A stretch of DNA of 64,000 bases from Afipia sp. (GCA_024508675.1 JANINQ010000001.1:435162-499161); one strand, 5' to 3'; shown: positions 19,269-29,269, counted from the first letter of the stretch. Numbers and translations are program-made. The notes: generated by a model not told the origin, from the sequence alone.

Positions 19269-20507
19269 ATGTCGGTCGCGATCATAGGCGCAGGAGTTGG
19301 TGGACTGACGGCGGCGTTGTCTTTGCACGCCGCCGGCCAGAGCGACATTCTCTTGCTGGAAGCGACACGGGAAATTCGCGACGTCGGCGTCGGCATCAAC
19401 CTGCCGCCGCACGCCGTGCGTGAGCTGACCGAACTCGGCCTTGGTGACGCGCTCGACAAGGTTGGCGTGCCGACAAAAGAGCTGTCCTATTACGATCCGA
19501 AGGGCCAGTTGATCTGGGCCGAACCGCGCGGTCTGGATGCCGGCTATAAGTGGCCGCAATATTCCATTCATCGCGGCACGCTGCAGCGGCTGCTGGTCGA
19601 TGCCGTGCGCGACCGCCTCGGCCCGTCAGCGATCCGGATCGCGCAGCGCGTGAACAATGTCGGCACCACCGACAACAAGGCCGTTATCGCGGCGACCGAT
19701 CTGACCGAAGATCGTGCGATATCTTATACCGCCGATGTTGCCATCTGCGCCGACGGCATCCGCTCGCCCTCGCGCGACAGTCTCTATGGCGCGGTCACGC
19801 CGCTCGCCTCGAATGGCTGGGTGATGTATCGCGGCGTCACGAAGTCCGGGCCGTTTCTCAGCGGCCGCTCGATGGTGATCATCGGCGATGAAACGCAGCG
19901 CGTCGTGGTTTATCCCATCGCGGATGGCGTCATCAATTGGCTGCTGGTCCGCCCGAAGGATACGGCGCGCGGTGAAACCGAACTCGGCAACTGGAATCTT
20001 CCGGTATCGACCAGCGTGATCGCGGAGTTCGTGAAGGATTACCGCTTCGACTGGCTTGATGTGCATGGTCTGGTGTCGGCGTCATCTGAGTCTTACGAAT
20101 ATCCGATGGCGGACATCGATCCGCTGCCGCGCTGGGTCTTCGGGCGCTGCGCGCTGCTCGGCGACGCCGCCCATGCCATGTATCCGTTCGGCTCCAACGG
20201 TGCGTCGCAGGCGATTATCGATGCCCGTGTGCTGGCTTATGAACTCGCTACCGCCGCGAATCCCGACGATGCGCTGCGCGGCTATGAGACACAGCGCCGT
20301 GAAACGGCAAGCGGCGTACAACTCGCCAACCGCCGTCAGGCCGGTGACGTGATGGCGCGTGTCAGCGCGCTGGCGCGCAGCGGCGCGCATGGCGATGCGA
20401 AAGCCGAGCTTCAGGATGTCGAGCGCCGCTACAAGCAGCTCGCGGGCTTCGATGTCGATGCCCTGAACACCCGAAAATCATGGAGCGTTTCCAGCGTTTC
20501 ACGATAG
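19269..20507 (+). CDS. Group A FAD-dependent monooxygenase, PhzS-like
   Basis: GAGVGGL, GVGINLPPHAV, IWAEPRG..AGY.WPQYSIHRG, ADGIRS, LLGDAAHAMYPFGSNGASQAI. Confidence 0.9.
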   Translation: MSVAIIGAGVGGLTAALSLHAAGQSDILLLEATREIRDVGVGINLPPHAVRELTELGLGDALDKVGVPTKELSYYDPKGQLIWAEPRGLDAGYKWPQYSIHRGTLQRLLVDAVRDRLGPSAIRIAQRVNNVGTTDNKAVIAATDLTEDRAISYTADVAICADGIRSPSRDSLYGAVTPLASNGWVMYRGVTKSGPFLSGRSMVIIGDETQRVVVYPIADGVINWLLVRPKDTARGETELGNWNLPVSTSVIAEFVKDYRFDWLDVHGLVSASSESYEYPMADIDPLPRWVFGRCALLGDAAHAMYPFGSNGASQAIIDARVLAYELATAANPDDALRGYETQRRETASGVQLANRRQAGDVMARVSALARSGAHGDAKAELQDVERRYKQLAGFDVDALNTRKSWSVSSVSR

Positions 20508-20555
20508 CGGACAGATCAAAAACCGGAAACAATCCGGAGCAAGAGGGAGACTTGA

Positions 20556-21539
20556 ATGCGCTGGTATTTGGATGTGATGCGGTCCGCGTTGATCGCAGCC
20601 GGATTGATTGCTGCAACATCGCAGATCGCGACCGCTCAGGATGCTTATCCGACCCGGCCGATCCGGTTGCTGGTCGGCTTCGCCGCAGGCGGGGCGACCG
20701 ATACGACATTCCGCAAGCTTGGCGAACTTGCCGCCAAGGATCTCGGTCAGCCGATCATTGTCGAAAACCGGCCGGGCGCAGGCGCAACATTGGCGCCGTC
20801 GACCATGGCGAAAACCGATGCGCCGGATGGTTACACCATCGCAGCGGCGACAGCGGGATTGCTGCGCTATCCCTACATGCAGAAGGTGGACTGGGACCCG
20901 ATCAAGGATTTCACTTGGATTACGGGCCTCGGCGGCTACACCTTCGTGCTGGCGGTGAATGCCGACTCGCCGCTCAAGACGGCCGCTGATTTCGTCGCCT
21001 ACGCCAAGAAGAATCCCGAGACCTTGACGGTCGCGACCGCGGGCGCGGGCACGACGATGCATCTGCTTGCGGAAGCACTCGCCGGAATGGCGGACGTGAA
21101 GATCACCCATGTCGGATACAAGGGCAGCAGCGAAGCTGTCACCGCGATCCTCGGCGGTCACACTATGGCGACGGTCGATGCCATCGGCACCATTCTGCCT
21201 TACGTTCAGTCCGGCAAGATGCGCGTGCTGCTCTCGTTCGATCCGCAGCCGGTGGCGTCGCTGCCCGGTGTGCCGACGGCGAAAAGCCTCGGCTATGATC
21301 TCGTCTATCCGGCGCCCTATGGTCTGGTCGGCCCGAAGGGCATGCCGCCCGCCGTGGTCGATCGGCTTTACAAGGCGTTCAAGGCAGCCGCCGACAGCGA
21401 CGAATACAAGAAACTGCTTGTGCAACTCGGCCAGACCGAGTGGCAGAAGCCGCCGGGCGAATATCAGAAGTGGGCGGGCGAGTTCTATGTGTCCGAACGC
21501 TCGCTGGTGGAGCGCGCAAAGCTGCTGCGTCAGCCGTAA
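20556..21539 (+). CDS. Bug/TctC substrate-binding protein
   Basis: YPTRPIRLLVGFAAGGATD, ENRPGAG, HVGYKGSSEA. Confidence 0.93.
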   Translation: MRWYLDVMRSALIAAGLIAATSQIATAQDAYPTRPIRLLVGFAAGGATDTTFRKLGELAAKDLGQPIIVENRPGAGATLAPSTMAKTDAPDGYTIAAATAGLLRYPYMQKVDWDPIKDFTWITGLGGYTFVLAVNADSPLKTAADFVAYAKKNPETLTVATAGAGTTMHLLAEALAGMADVKITHVGYKGSSEAVTAILGGHTMATVDAIGTILPYVQSGKMRVLLSFDPQPVASLPGVPTAKSLGYDLVYPAPYGLVGPKGMPPAVVDRLYKAFKAAADSDEYKKLLVQLGQTEWQKPPGEYQKWAGEFYVSERSLVERAKLLRQP

Positions 21540-21586
21540 GGCTGACGTGCAGATGACAGAAATTCTATCAACGTGAGTCCGAAACC

Positions 21587-22558
21587 ATGAAATCAGTTCT
21601 TGCCGCAGTCCTGTGCGTATTCATGCTTGGCGTCGCCGCTGGCGACGCCAGGGCCAACGACCAGTTTCCGCCGGGCAACATCAAGATCATCGTGCCGTTT
21701 CCGGCGGGCGGCACCACGGACATTCTGGCGCGGTTTGTCGCGCAGTATCTTGGCGACAAGCTCGGCGTCACGACCATCGTGGAAAACCGCGCCGGCGCAT
21801 CCGGTACGATCGGCTCCGAGATGGTGGCGAAGTCACCGAACGACGGCAGTGTGCTGCTGTTGACCGCGACCCACCACGTCATCAACCCGAGCCTTTATGC
21901 GAAGCTGCCTTACGATACGCAGAAGGATTTCTCGCCGGTGGCCGTGGTGGCGAGCGCGCCGAACGCGCTGGTCGTGAACAAGGATTTCCCGGCGAAGACG
22001 GTCGCGGACCTGATCGCGATGGCGAAGAAGGAGCCGGGCAAATATTCGTTCGGCTCGGCAGGGATCGGCGGAGCCAATCATCTCTCCGGCGAGCTGTTCA
22101 AGCAGATGGCGGGCGTCGACATCGTGCATGTGCCCTATAAGGGAGCGGCGCCTGCGATGAACGATCTGATCGGCGGGCATATTCCGATCATGTTCGACAC
22201 GTTGCCGACAGTGCTGCCTGCGGCCGCGGCCGGAAACATCCGCGTGCTGGCCGTCACCAGCAAGGAGCGCGCGGCGTCGCTGCCCAACGCTCCGACGCTC
22301 GATGAATCGGGCGTGAAGGGTTTTGAGGCGACTGCGTGGTTCGGTCTTTACATGCCGGCCGCGAACAACAACGTGGCCTACACCAAGCTGGTTGCTGCGA
22401 TGAAGGACATCCTCGCGGCGCCTGAGACGCGCGAAAAATTCGCCACGCAGGGCGTCGAGCCCGGCAAGCTGACGGGCGCGGAGTTCACCAAGTTTGTGGA
22501 CGCTGAAATCAGCAAATGGTCGGGTGTGGTGAAGACCGCGAAGGTCCCGCAGCAGTAA
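21587..22558 (+). CDS. Bug/TctC substrate-binding protein
   Basis: IIVPFPAGGTTD, ENRAGASG, HVPYKGAAPA. Confidence 0.94.
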   Translation: MKSVLAAVLCVFMLGVAAGDARANDQFPPGNIKIIVPFPAGGTTDILARFVAQYLGDKLGVTTIVENRAGASGTIGSEMVAKSPNDGSVLLLTATHHVINPSLYAKLPYDTQKDFSPVAVVASAPNALVVNKDFPAKTVADLIAMAKKEPGKYSFGSAGIGGANHLSGELFKQMAGVDIVHVPYKGAAPAMNDLIGGHIPIMFDTLPTVLPAAAAGNIRVLAVTSKERAASLPNAPTLDESGVKGFEATAWFGLYMPAANNNVAYTKLVAAMKDILAAPETREKFATQGVEPGKLTGAEFTKFVDAEISKWSGVVKTAKVPQQ

Positions 22559-22577
22559 TTGCTGGCTCCAAGATCGC

Positions 22578-22618
22578 AGAAAGCCCGCTTCGGGATTGTC
22601 CGAGGCGGGCTTTTTATT
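22578..22618. terminator. Terminator of the Bug operon
   Basis: AAAGCCCGCTTCGG...CCGAGGCGGGCTTTTT. Confidence 0.75.
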
Positions 22619-22630
22619 GGTTGGGCTTAC

Positions 22631-23659
22631 CTAGTGGGTCGGAGTGCCGTCGGGGCCGTGCGTGGTGATGGTCTGGCCTCCCGTGGCTCCAGCCTTCGCC
22701 ATGACATAGGGGCTTGGCCCGACAACATCGGTCGCAAGACCAAGCTTCTCGAACAGCCGGATGGTCAGCCATGTGGTGTCGAACTCCCACCACTTGTGAC
22801 CGTGCTTCGCCGAGCGTGGATCGGCATGATGGTTGTTGTGCCAGCCTTCACCGTGGGCAAGGATGCCGACGAAGACATTGTTCCGGCTGTCTTCGTCGGT
22901 CTGGTAGTTTCGATAGCCCCACAGGTGGGTCACTGAATTCACCGCCCAGGTCTGGTGCCAGACGAACACGGTGCGCACGAACACGCCCCAGATCAGAATG
23001 CTGAGCCCGAACTGCAGGGCCTGCATCGTCGTGCCGCCCATCGCCAGTTCGGCGAGGAAGCCGAGGCCGAAAAACACCACCCACTGAATGAGGATGATCT
23101 TGAGCTGAAGCCAGTTGCGTTCGAGCGCGACGTAGAACGGATCGCGCAAAATGTCCTTGGCGTAGCGGTCATAGATGCCGAGGCGATTGAGCTCCGGATT
23201 CTTGATGATCAGCCAGCCGATATGACCCCAGAGGAAATTCACCAGCGGGCTGTGCGGATCGGGCTGCTCGTCGGCGTGTTGATGATGGCGGCGGTGCACC
23301 GCGACCCAGCGCGCCGGCGTATCTTCCACACAGCAAATGGCGACGACCACGAGCATATGCTCCAGCCATTTCGGGCAGCGGAAGCCACGATGGGTCAGCA
23401 GGCGATGATAGCCGATATTGATGCCGAGCAGCCCGCTCAGCCGGGCAGTGACGACGGCGACGATCACGCCGGTCCAGCTGAAATACCAGGGGATGAAGGC
23501 GAGCAGAGCGACCAGATGGTAAAACAGGATGGGCGCCGCCTGCCCCCACTCGATGCGGTTCAGGGTGACGCCGGCGGGCAGCGGAAGGCGGCCGGATGAT
23601 CCCGGCTCGGCGGCGGCCAGGGGAATGGCCTTCGCGGCGGCGGGGCGGCTGGGTGTCAT
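22631..23659 (-). CDS. Membrane fatty acid (acyl-CoA, delta-9-like) desaturase
   Basis: Three His boxes HRLLTH, HRRHH, HNNHH; GEGWHN; start uncertain. Confidence 0.92.
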   Translation of the reverse strand: MTPSRPAAAKAIPLAAAEPGSSGRLPLPAGVTLNRIEWGQAAPILFYHLVALLAFIPWYFSWTGVIVAVVTARLSGLLGINIGYHRLLTHRGFRCPKWLEHMLVVVAICCVEDTPARWVAVHRRHHQHADEQPDPHSPLVNFLWGHIGWLIIKNPELNRLGIYDRYAKDILRDPFYVALERNWLQLKIILIQWVVFFGLGFLAELAMGGTTMQALQFGLSILIWGVFVRTVFVWHQTWAVNSVTHLWGYRNYQTDEDSRNNVFVGILAHGEGWHNNHHADPRSAKHGHKWWEFDTTWLTIRLFEKLGLATDVVGPSPYVMAKAGATGGQTITTHGPDGTPTH

Positions 23660-23987
23660 TTCAGCGGTCAATGGTCCAGATCTTCCTTCCGGGCGTGCCA
23701 AAGCCGAATTTCGGCCTGCTTTACACCAAATATCGGGTCGCTGATGTGAACAGGCGCTGAAGCCTGCTTTAGAGGCTGATTCGGGCGGCGAAAAGCCGGA
23801 AAACGGGTTCCGGCGGGGTCATTTTGCCCCGGATCGCACCGTTGAATTGGCCTGTTTGGATTGACATTTGTGCCCTCGATGGCATAAAAACCGCCCTGTC
23901 CCGCGCGGCTCGGCCTGCGGGATATGCCCATCAACCAATGGTTTTCAGAACTCGGCCTGCACGCGGCCTTCCAGAGAGCATTGTCCC

Positions 23988-24113
23988 ATGAAGGTCCGTA
24001 ATTCGCTGAAGTCCCTCCGCGGCCGTAACCGCAACAACCGTCTGGTCCGCCGCAAGGGCCGGGTTTACGTCATCAACAAGGTCCAGCGCCGCTTCAAGGC
24101 TCGCCAGGGCTAA
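23988..24113 (+). CDS. rpmJ: 50S ribosomal protein L36 (type B, Zn-independent)
   Basis: [41 protein letters not shown]; upstream TTGACA at 23861. Confidence 0.96.
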   Translation: MKVRNSLKSLRGRNRNNRLVRRKGRVYVINKVQRRFKARQG

Positions 24114-24227
24114 TGACGTTGTTTCAGGGAGCGGTTGTCCGCTCCCTGGCAGGTTCCGCTCCGATCACTGCTGTTTGACGCCGCTTGCACTTTGCACGCG
24201 GCGTTTTCCGCGTTTAGACTTTCCGTC

Positions 24228-24890
24228 ATGGCATTGCGATCGGCAATCGGGACCAATGGAGCGCGGGCGTTGAAGCTCGCAATGAGCATTGCGGTGCTGG
24301 CGACAATTGCTGCCGTACCTGCCGCCGCGCAGGAGCCCCGGCAACCACCAGCCAAGCAGAAAAAACTCCCGCAGCCGCCCGCCAAGCTACCGCGCGTGAT
24401 CGGCGACAAGGCCAAGAATCTCGATTTTCTGTTCGGCGCGTTGAAGGCCGCACCCGATCAGGAAAGCGCCAAGGCCGTCGAGGCGCGGATCTGGGCGGTC
24501 TGGACCGCGACGCCCAGCGACACCGCTGCGCTATTGATGGCGCGGGCGAAGCTGGCGATGGACGGCAAGGAAACCGATGTCGCGCTGAAACTGCTCGACG
24601 CGGTAATCAAGCTGCGGCCGGATTACATCGAAGCCTGGAACCGGCGCGCCACGGTCTATTATCTGCAGAACGATTACAACCGTTCGATGGAGGATATCCG
24701 TCAGGTCCTCATCCGTGAGCCGCGCCACTTCGGCGCTTTGGCGGGGCTCGGCATGATCATGCAGGAGACCGGCGACGACAGGCACGCGCTGGAGGCCTTC
24801 CGCAAGGCGCTCGCCATCAACCCCTATCTCGAACGCGTTCCCGATCTGGTGAAGTCGCTGACCGAGAAGGTGGAGGGCCGGGATATTTGA
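24228..24890 (+). CDS. Tetratricopeptide repeat protein
   Basis: TPR motifs EAWNRRATVYY, PRHFGALAGLGMI; N-terminal signal/TM segment. Confidence 0.88.
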   Translation: MALRSAIGTNGARALKLAMSIAVLATIAAVPAAAQEPRQPPAKQKKLPQPPAKLPRVIGDKAKNLDFLFGALKAAPDQESAKAVEARIWAVWTATPSDTAALLMARAKLAMDGKETDVALKLLDAVIKLRPDYIEAWNRRATVYYLQNDYNRSMEDIRQVLIREPRHFGALAGLGMIMQETGDDRHALEAFRKALAINPYLERVPDLVKSLTEKVEGRDI

Positions 24891-24958
24891 TCCGGTCCGG
24901 CTGTGGGCCGGATTGCGTTTGATGCGAAACCTGTTCATCAAGCCGCCGTACTTCCTTC

Positions 24959-25954
24959 GTGCGAACAGTTTCCCGGATTTCCTTCATGATCGTACTGGCT
25001 GTGGTGGTCGTGCTGGCAGTGCTGGCCCTGATCACACAGGTGAGCGTCCGTGCGTTTGAGCGGAACTATCCGCCTGAGGGCAAGTTCATCGACGTCAAAG
25101 GCGCGCGGCTTCATGTGGTGGAGCTTGGCCCGGCGGATGCGCCCGGTCTGCCGATCGTTCTTGTGCATGGCGCGAGTTCGAGCCTGCAGACCATGCGCAA
25201 GCCGCTCGGCGACCGGCTTGCGAAAGATCATCGCGTCATCCTGATCGACCGGCCCGGCCATGGCTGGAGCACGCGCGACAACATCGCGGATTCGACGCCT
25301 GCGATACAGGCCCGAATGATCGATGAAGCGCTGGGCAAGCTCGGTATCGACCGCGCGATCCTTGTCGGCCACTCGTGGGCGGGATCGCTGATGCCGGCGA
25401 TGGCGCTGGATTATCCCGGACGTGTGGCGGCAATCGTGATGCTGTCGCCGGTGGCCTATCCGTGGACTGGTGGCGTCGGCCGTTTCAACAAGGTGGCGTC
25501 GATCCCAATCGTCGGTCCGCTGCTCGCCTATACGATCACCGTTCCGCTTGGCACGTTTCTGGTCGACAGCGGAACGCGCTATGTTTTCGCGCCGCAAGCG
25601 ATGCCGGATGGCTATGTCGAGGCGACTGCGGTGCGGCTGGTGCTGCGGCCGCGGGTTTTTCTCAACAATGTCTGGGATCTGACAACGCTGAAGGCGGAAA
25701 TGGTGAAACAGTCGCCGCGCTACTCCGCGATCAGGGTACCTGTGACCATTGTCACCGGTGATACCGACAAGACGGTTTCGACCAATATTCATTCGCGGCC
25801 ATTTGCCGCTGCCGTTCCACAGACCAGGCTCGTTGTGCTGCCGAACGGCGGCCACATGCCGCAGGTCTATGCAGCCGATGTCATCATCGGCGAAATCCAA
25901 GCGATTGCAGGGAAAGTGCAGGCCGGATCATCCGCGTCTGCGGTGTCGCGCTGA
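24959..25954 (+). CDS. Alpha/beta fold hydrolase with N-terminal anchor
   Basis: VLVHGAS, DRPGHGWS, GHSWAG, GHMP. Confidence 0.9.
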   Translation: MRTVSRISFMIVLAVVVVLAVLALITQVSVRAFERNYPPEGKFIDVKGARLHVVELGPADAPGLPIVLVHGASSSLQTMRKPLGDRLAKDHRVILIDRPGHGWSTRDNIADSTPAIQARMIDEALGKLGIDRAILVGHSWAGSLMPAMALDYPGRVAAIVMLSPVAYPWTGGVGRFNKVASIPIVGPLLAYTITVPLGTFLVDSGTRYVFAPQAMPDGYVEATAVRLVLRPRVFLNNVWDLTTLKAEMVKQSPRYSAIRVPVTIVTGDTDKTVSTNIHSRPFAAAVPQTRLVVLPNGGHMPQVYAADVIIGEIQAIAGKVQAGSSASAVSR

Positions 25955-25982
25955 TCCGTCACCATCGCTGACCTTTGCGCAC

Positions 25983-25996
25983 TTGATGCACATCAA
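25983..25996. promoter_or_regulatory. FNR/FixK box
   Basis: Perfect TTGAT-GCAC-ATCAA upstream of the phasin-like gene. Confidence 0.75.
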
Positions 25997-26110
25997 GGCG
26001 TTTCATTTTCACTCACGATGCAATGAGCATCATACTGCTGCCATCGATCGGTGATGGAGTATCGCCGTTCGACGTGTCCTTTCTTGCTCCAGCACAATGA
26101 AGGTCCGATC

Positions 26111-26512
26111 ATGACAACTCCATCAAACAGCGACAGCGCATTCAACAAGATATCCGAGACGATTCCATTTCCGGATCTCGCGCGGGTGAGCGAGGTGAAC
26201 GGAACCATGCTGAACGAAACCTCGAAATTCAACGCGCAGCTCGGCACGGCGATGCAGAATATCGGCAAGGAGTGGTCCGAATTCGTCGGGATGCGGCTGC
26301 GCGAGGATATCCAGCTGTTCCGGACGATCCATGATTGCCGCTCGGTGCAGGATTTGCAGCGGGCCTATGCGCAGTTCTGGCAGACCGCGTTCACGCAGTA
26401 TGGCGAGGAAGCGCAGCGCCTGATGCGGATGACTCAGGGAACGGTCGAGGATGCCGCGCGCACGGCGCAGGCCACCAGCGATGTTCTCATTCACACCGAC
26501 AAGGCGGCCTGA
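26111..26512 (+). CDS. Phasin family (Phasin_2-like) protein
   Basis: Helical EWSEFVGMRLREDIQL..TI..CRSVQDLQ.AYAQFWQTAFTQY; alternative starts at 26051/26054. Confidence 0.7.
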   Translation: MTTPSNSDSAFNKISETIPFPDLARVSEVNGTMLNETSKFNAQLGTAMQNIGKEWSEFVGMRLREDIQLFRTIHDCRSVQDLQRAYAQFWQTAFTQYGEEAQRLMRMTQGTVEDAARTAQATSDVLIHTDKAA

Positions 26513-26518
26513 GCCGGA

Positions 26519-27955
26519 TTACATGTCGGCGTCGCCCGACGGGCCGACATAGGCGATGCGGACCATGTTGGTGGTGCCGGGTGTGCCAAGGGGCACACCG
26601 GCGACGATGATGACGCGCTGTCCGGCCTTCGCGAAACCATCGCGGAATGAAATACGCGCCGCACGATCGATCATGTCGTCCTGATCGTGGGCGTCTTCCG
26701 CGATCACGCAATGCACGCCCCACACCAGGGATAGTTTTCGCCCGGTATTGACGTTCGGTGTGATGGCAACCACCGGAGGCTTCGGTCGCTCGCGCGCGAC
26801 GCGCAGCGCGGTCGAGCCCGAACTGGTCCAGCAGATGATGGCAGACAGGTCGAGCGTTTCGGCGATCTGCCGCGCTGCATCTGCGATGGCGTCGCCTGCG
26901 GTTGCTTCCGGCTCGGGCCGCTGCGCGGCGATCACGCCGCGATAGGTCGGATCGCGTTCGCATTCCTCGCCGATGCGGTTCATGGTCATGACCGCTTCGA
27001 CCGGGAATTTACCGGCTGCTGATTCCGCCGACAGCATGATGGCGTCAGCGCCTTCGAACACCGCGGTTGCGACGTCGGACACTTCCGCACGGGTCGGCAC
27101 CGGCGATGTGATCATCGATTCCAGCATCTGGGTCGCGATCACCACCGGCTTGCCTGCCTTGCGCGCCATGCGCGTCATCTGCTTTTGCAGTCCCGGCACG
27201 CGTTCCGCCGGCAGTTCGACGCCGAGATCGCCGCGCGCGACCATCAATGCATCGGACGCCTCCATGATGTCGGCAAGGCGGTCGATTGCCTGCGGCTTTT
27301 CGATCTTCGACATGATCGAGGCGCGGCCGCGCACCAGCTTCTTTGCTTCGAGCACGTCGTCGGCGCGCTGCACGAACGACAGCGCAATCCAGTCGATGCC
27401 GGTCTCCAGCGCGGCTTCAAGATCGGCGCGGTCCTTCGCCGTCATGGCAGATACCGGAAGATCGGTATCGGGCAGGCTGACGCCCTTGCGATCGGACATC
27501 TTGCCGCCGGTCACGACACGCACCAGCGCATGATCGGGCGAGGTTTCCTCGGCGATCAGGCGAAGTTTGCCGTCATCGATCAGCAGCGCGTGGCCCGGAC
27601 GCAGCGCTTTCAGAATTTCCGGATGGGGAAGGTGGACGCGGGTCTTGTCGCCTGGCGCAGGATTGGAATCGAGCGTGAACATCGCGCCGTTGTTGAGTTC
27701 GACAAATCCGTTCTCGAAATTGCCGAGGCGCAGCTTCGGTCCCTGCAGGTCGACCAGAATGCCGATCGGCCGCCCGTAGCTGCTTTCCACATTGCGGATC
27801 GTCGCCACGAGCTCGCGCATTTTGTCATGCGGCGTGTGGCTCATGTTGATGCGGAACACGTCGGCGCCCGCCTCGAACAGCTTGCGGATGGTCGCGCTGT
27901 CAGAGGAGGCCGGTCCGAGGGTGGCGAGGATCTTGATGCGTCGCAGACGTCTCAT
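26519..27955 (-). CDS. pyk: Pyruvate kinase
   Basis: KILATLGPAS, FRINMSH, DLQGPKLR, KIEKP, MVARGDLGVE, ATQMLESM. Confidence 0.98.
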   Translation of the reverse strand: MRRLRRIKILATLGPASSDSATIRKLFEAGADVFRINMSHTPHDKMRELVATIRNVESSYGRPIGILVDLQGPKLRLGNFENGFVELNNGAMFTLDSNPAPGDKTRVHLPHPEILKALRPGHALLIDDGKLRLIAEETSPDHALVRVVTGGKMSDRKGVSLPDTDLPVSAMTAKDRADLEAALETGIDWIALSFVQRADDVLEAKKLVRGRASIMSKIEKPQAIDRLADIMEASDALMVARGDLGVELPAERVPGLQKQMTRMARKAGKPVVIATQMLESMITSPVPTRAEVSDVATAVFEGADAIMLSAESAAGKFPVEAVMTMNRIGEECERDPTYRGVIAAQRPEPEATAGDAIADAARQIAETLDLSAIICWTSSGSTALRVARERPKPPVVAITPNVNTGRKLSLVWGVHCVIAEDAHDQDDMIDRAARISFRDGFAKAGQRVIIVAGVPLGTPGTTNMVRIAYVGPSGDADM

Positions 27956-28479
27956 TTCGGATTTCCAGGAGCTGCACCGGGAAGTGCGCCGGGTTGTGCA
28001 GCACCCGGCGCATTCGGCATGCCGGGTAGGCCTGGAGTACGCGGGTTCTGTTCATTGGATTCAGTGAGCTGGACGGTCCAGGCGCGTTGTTCGCCGGTGT
28101 CCACCTCGAAATATCCGGTGCGGTCGAAACCGCGTGCCAGACAGTCTTCGGTTCCCTTGATGGTGAATTCCTTATCGCGCGAACACATGAAGGCCTGCCC
28201 CGACCATTCACCGCCGCGGTCATAGTCGATGGCGTAGATATAATAGAAACGTGCGACAAGCGTTCCGCGCAGCAGGGTTTCGCAGGCGCGGGACGAGACG
28301 TTCCACCAGCCCTCGGTCACCCAACCTTCATTGTCCTTGTAGCCCAGCGCGATGCCGACGCGGCTCGAGGTGTTGTTGCAGAGCCGGAAGTCGGCAGCGG
28401 CGGGCTCGCTCCACGCACACAGAGCTGTCAGTGCGACAAATCCGGTGAGAGCGGCGATGAGGGTGCGGTGCAGTGTCAT
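27952..28479 (-). CDS. DUF1036 domain exported protein
   Basis: Signal peptide then DFRLCNNT, GWVTEGWWN, CLARGF, FEVDTG; start uncertain. Confidence 0.88.
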   Translation of the reverse strand: MTLHRTLIAALTGFVALTALCAWSEPAAADFRLCNNTSSRVGIALGYKDNEGWVTEGWWNVSSRACETLLRGTLVARFYYIYAIDYDRGGEWSGQAFMCSRDKEFTIKGTEDCLARGFDRTGYFEVDTGEQRAWTVQLTESNEQNPRTPGLPGMPNAPGAAQPGALPGAAPGNPK

Positions 28480-28720
28480 GCGGCGGGAAATCGTGGCTGT
28501 CATGTAAGCAGATACTATCAACCGTTCGTTGATTTCGCGTAACACATTGAGCATGATCGGCAAAAGCGGAGTTCCCGCATCCGGTCAGGCCCGATCACTA
28601 TAGAGCGGGTTGGCGGTTTCGCCAAACCCGCACAGGCCTTCATAGGACAGTCGGCGGATCATGGCATGGATCGGTTTGGTTTTTCTCGCCCTGTGGAAAT
28701 GCGAGGCGGGAGATTGCGGG

Positions 28721-28748
28721 CTTAAAATCGCGGGATCAGGGCCTATGT
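28721..28748 (+). promoter_or_regulatory. Possible RpoH promoter
   Basis: CTTAAA-N15-CCTATGT, two mismatches to CTTGAA-N15/16-CCTATAT. Confidence 0.35.
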
Positions 28749-28789
28749 GAGGGTCCTGTGACATCCAGCGGGACCTGAAACAGCGGAAT

Positions 28790-29098
28790 ATGATGATGGC
28801 CATCGACGAGACAACCCGGACCGAACTCGAAGCAGCGGCTTTCCGCCGCCTTGTTGCACATCTGCGCGAACGAACCGACGTGCAGAACATCGAGTTGATG
28901 AATCTGGCGGGCTTCTGCCGCAATTGCCTGTCGAACTGGCTGAAGGATGCCGCCGACGAGAAAGGCGTGCCGCTCAGCAAGGATGAGAGCCGTGAAGCGG
29001 TCTATGGCATGCCGTATGAAACCTGGAAGGCGACGTATCAGAGCGAAGCAACGCCGGATCAGGTCGCTGCGATGAAAAAGACCCATCCGGGGCACTGA
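28790..29098 (+). CDS. DUF1244 domain protein
   Basis: ELEAAAFRRLV.HL, DVQNIELMNLAGFCRNCLSNW, VYGMPY..WK. Confidence 0.92.
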   Translation: MMMAIDETTRTELEAAAFRRLVAHLRERTDVQNIELMNLAGFCRNCLSNWLKDAADEKGVPLSKDESREAVYGMPYETWKATYQSEATPDQVAAMKKTHPGH

Positions 29099-29269
29099 AC
29101 ACGCAAGCGAAAACGGACCTTGCCGCTACGGCCTTTCTTTCGCCTGTGGGTCGCTGTGGATGACGGCTGCTACGCCTTGACGCGGCAGGCCGCACTCTTG
29201 AGTGTGACCCGCCAATGACGTGCCGCGCACGCTCCCTTCAAGCCCATAATGAGTTCAGGAGTATCTCCA

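Noticed and set aside
18209-19459. Apparent 673-aa IclR fusion protein
   Set aside because: The N-terminal 417 aa are antisense to the two MaoC genes and the monooxygenase start; the IclR gene has its own ATG at 18208 with an RBS
23988-24113. Zn-independent L36 as a sign of a Zur-regulated paralogue
   Set aside because: Type B L36 is the normal form in Alphaproteobacteria; no Zur box seen
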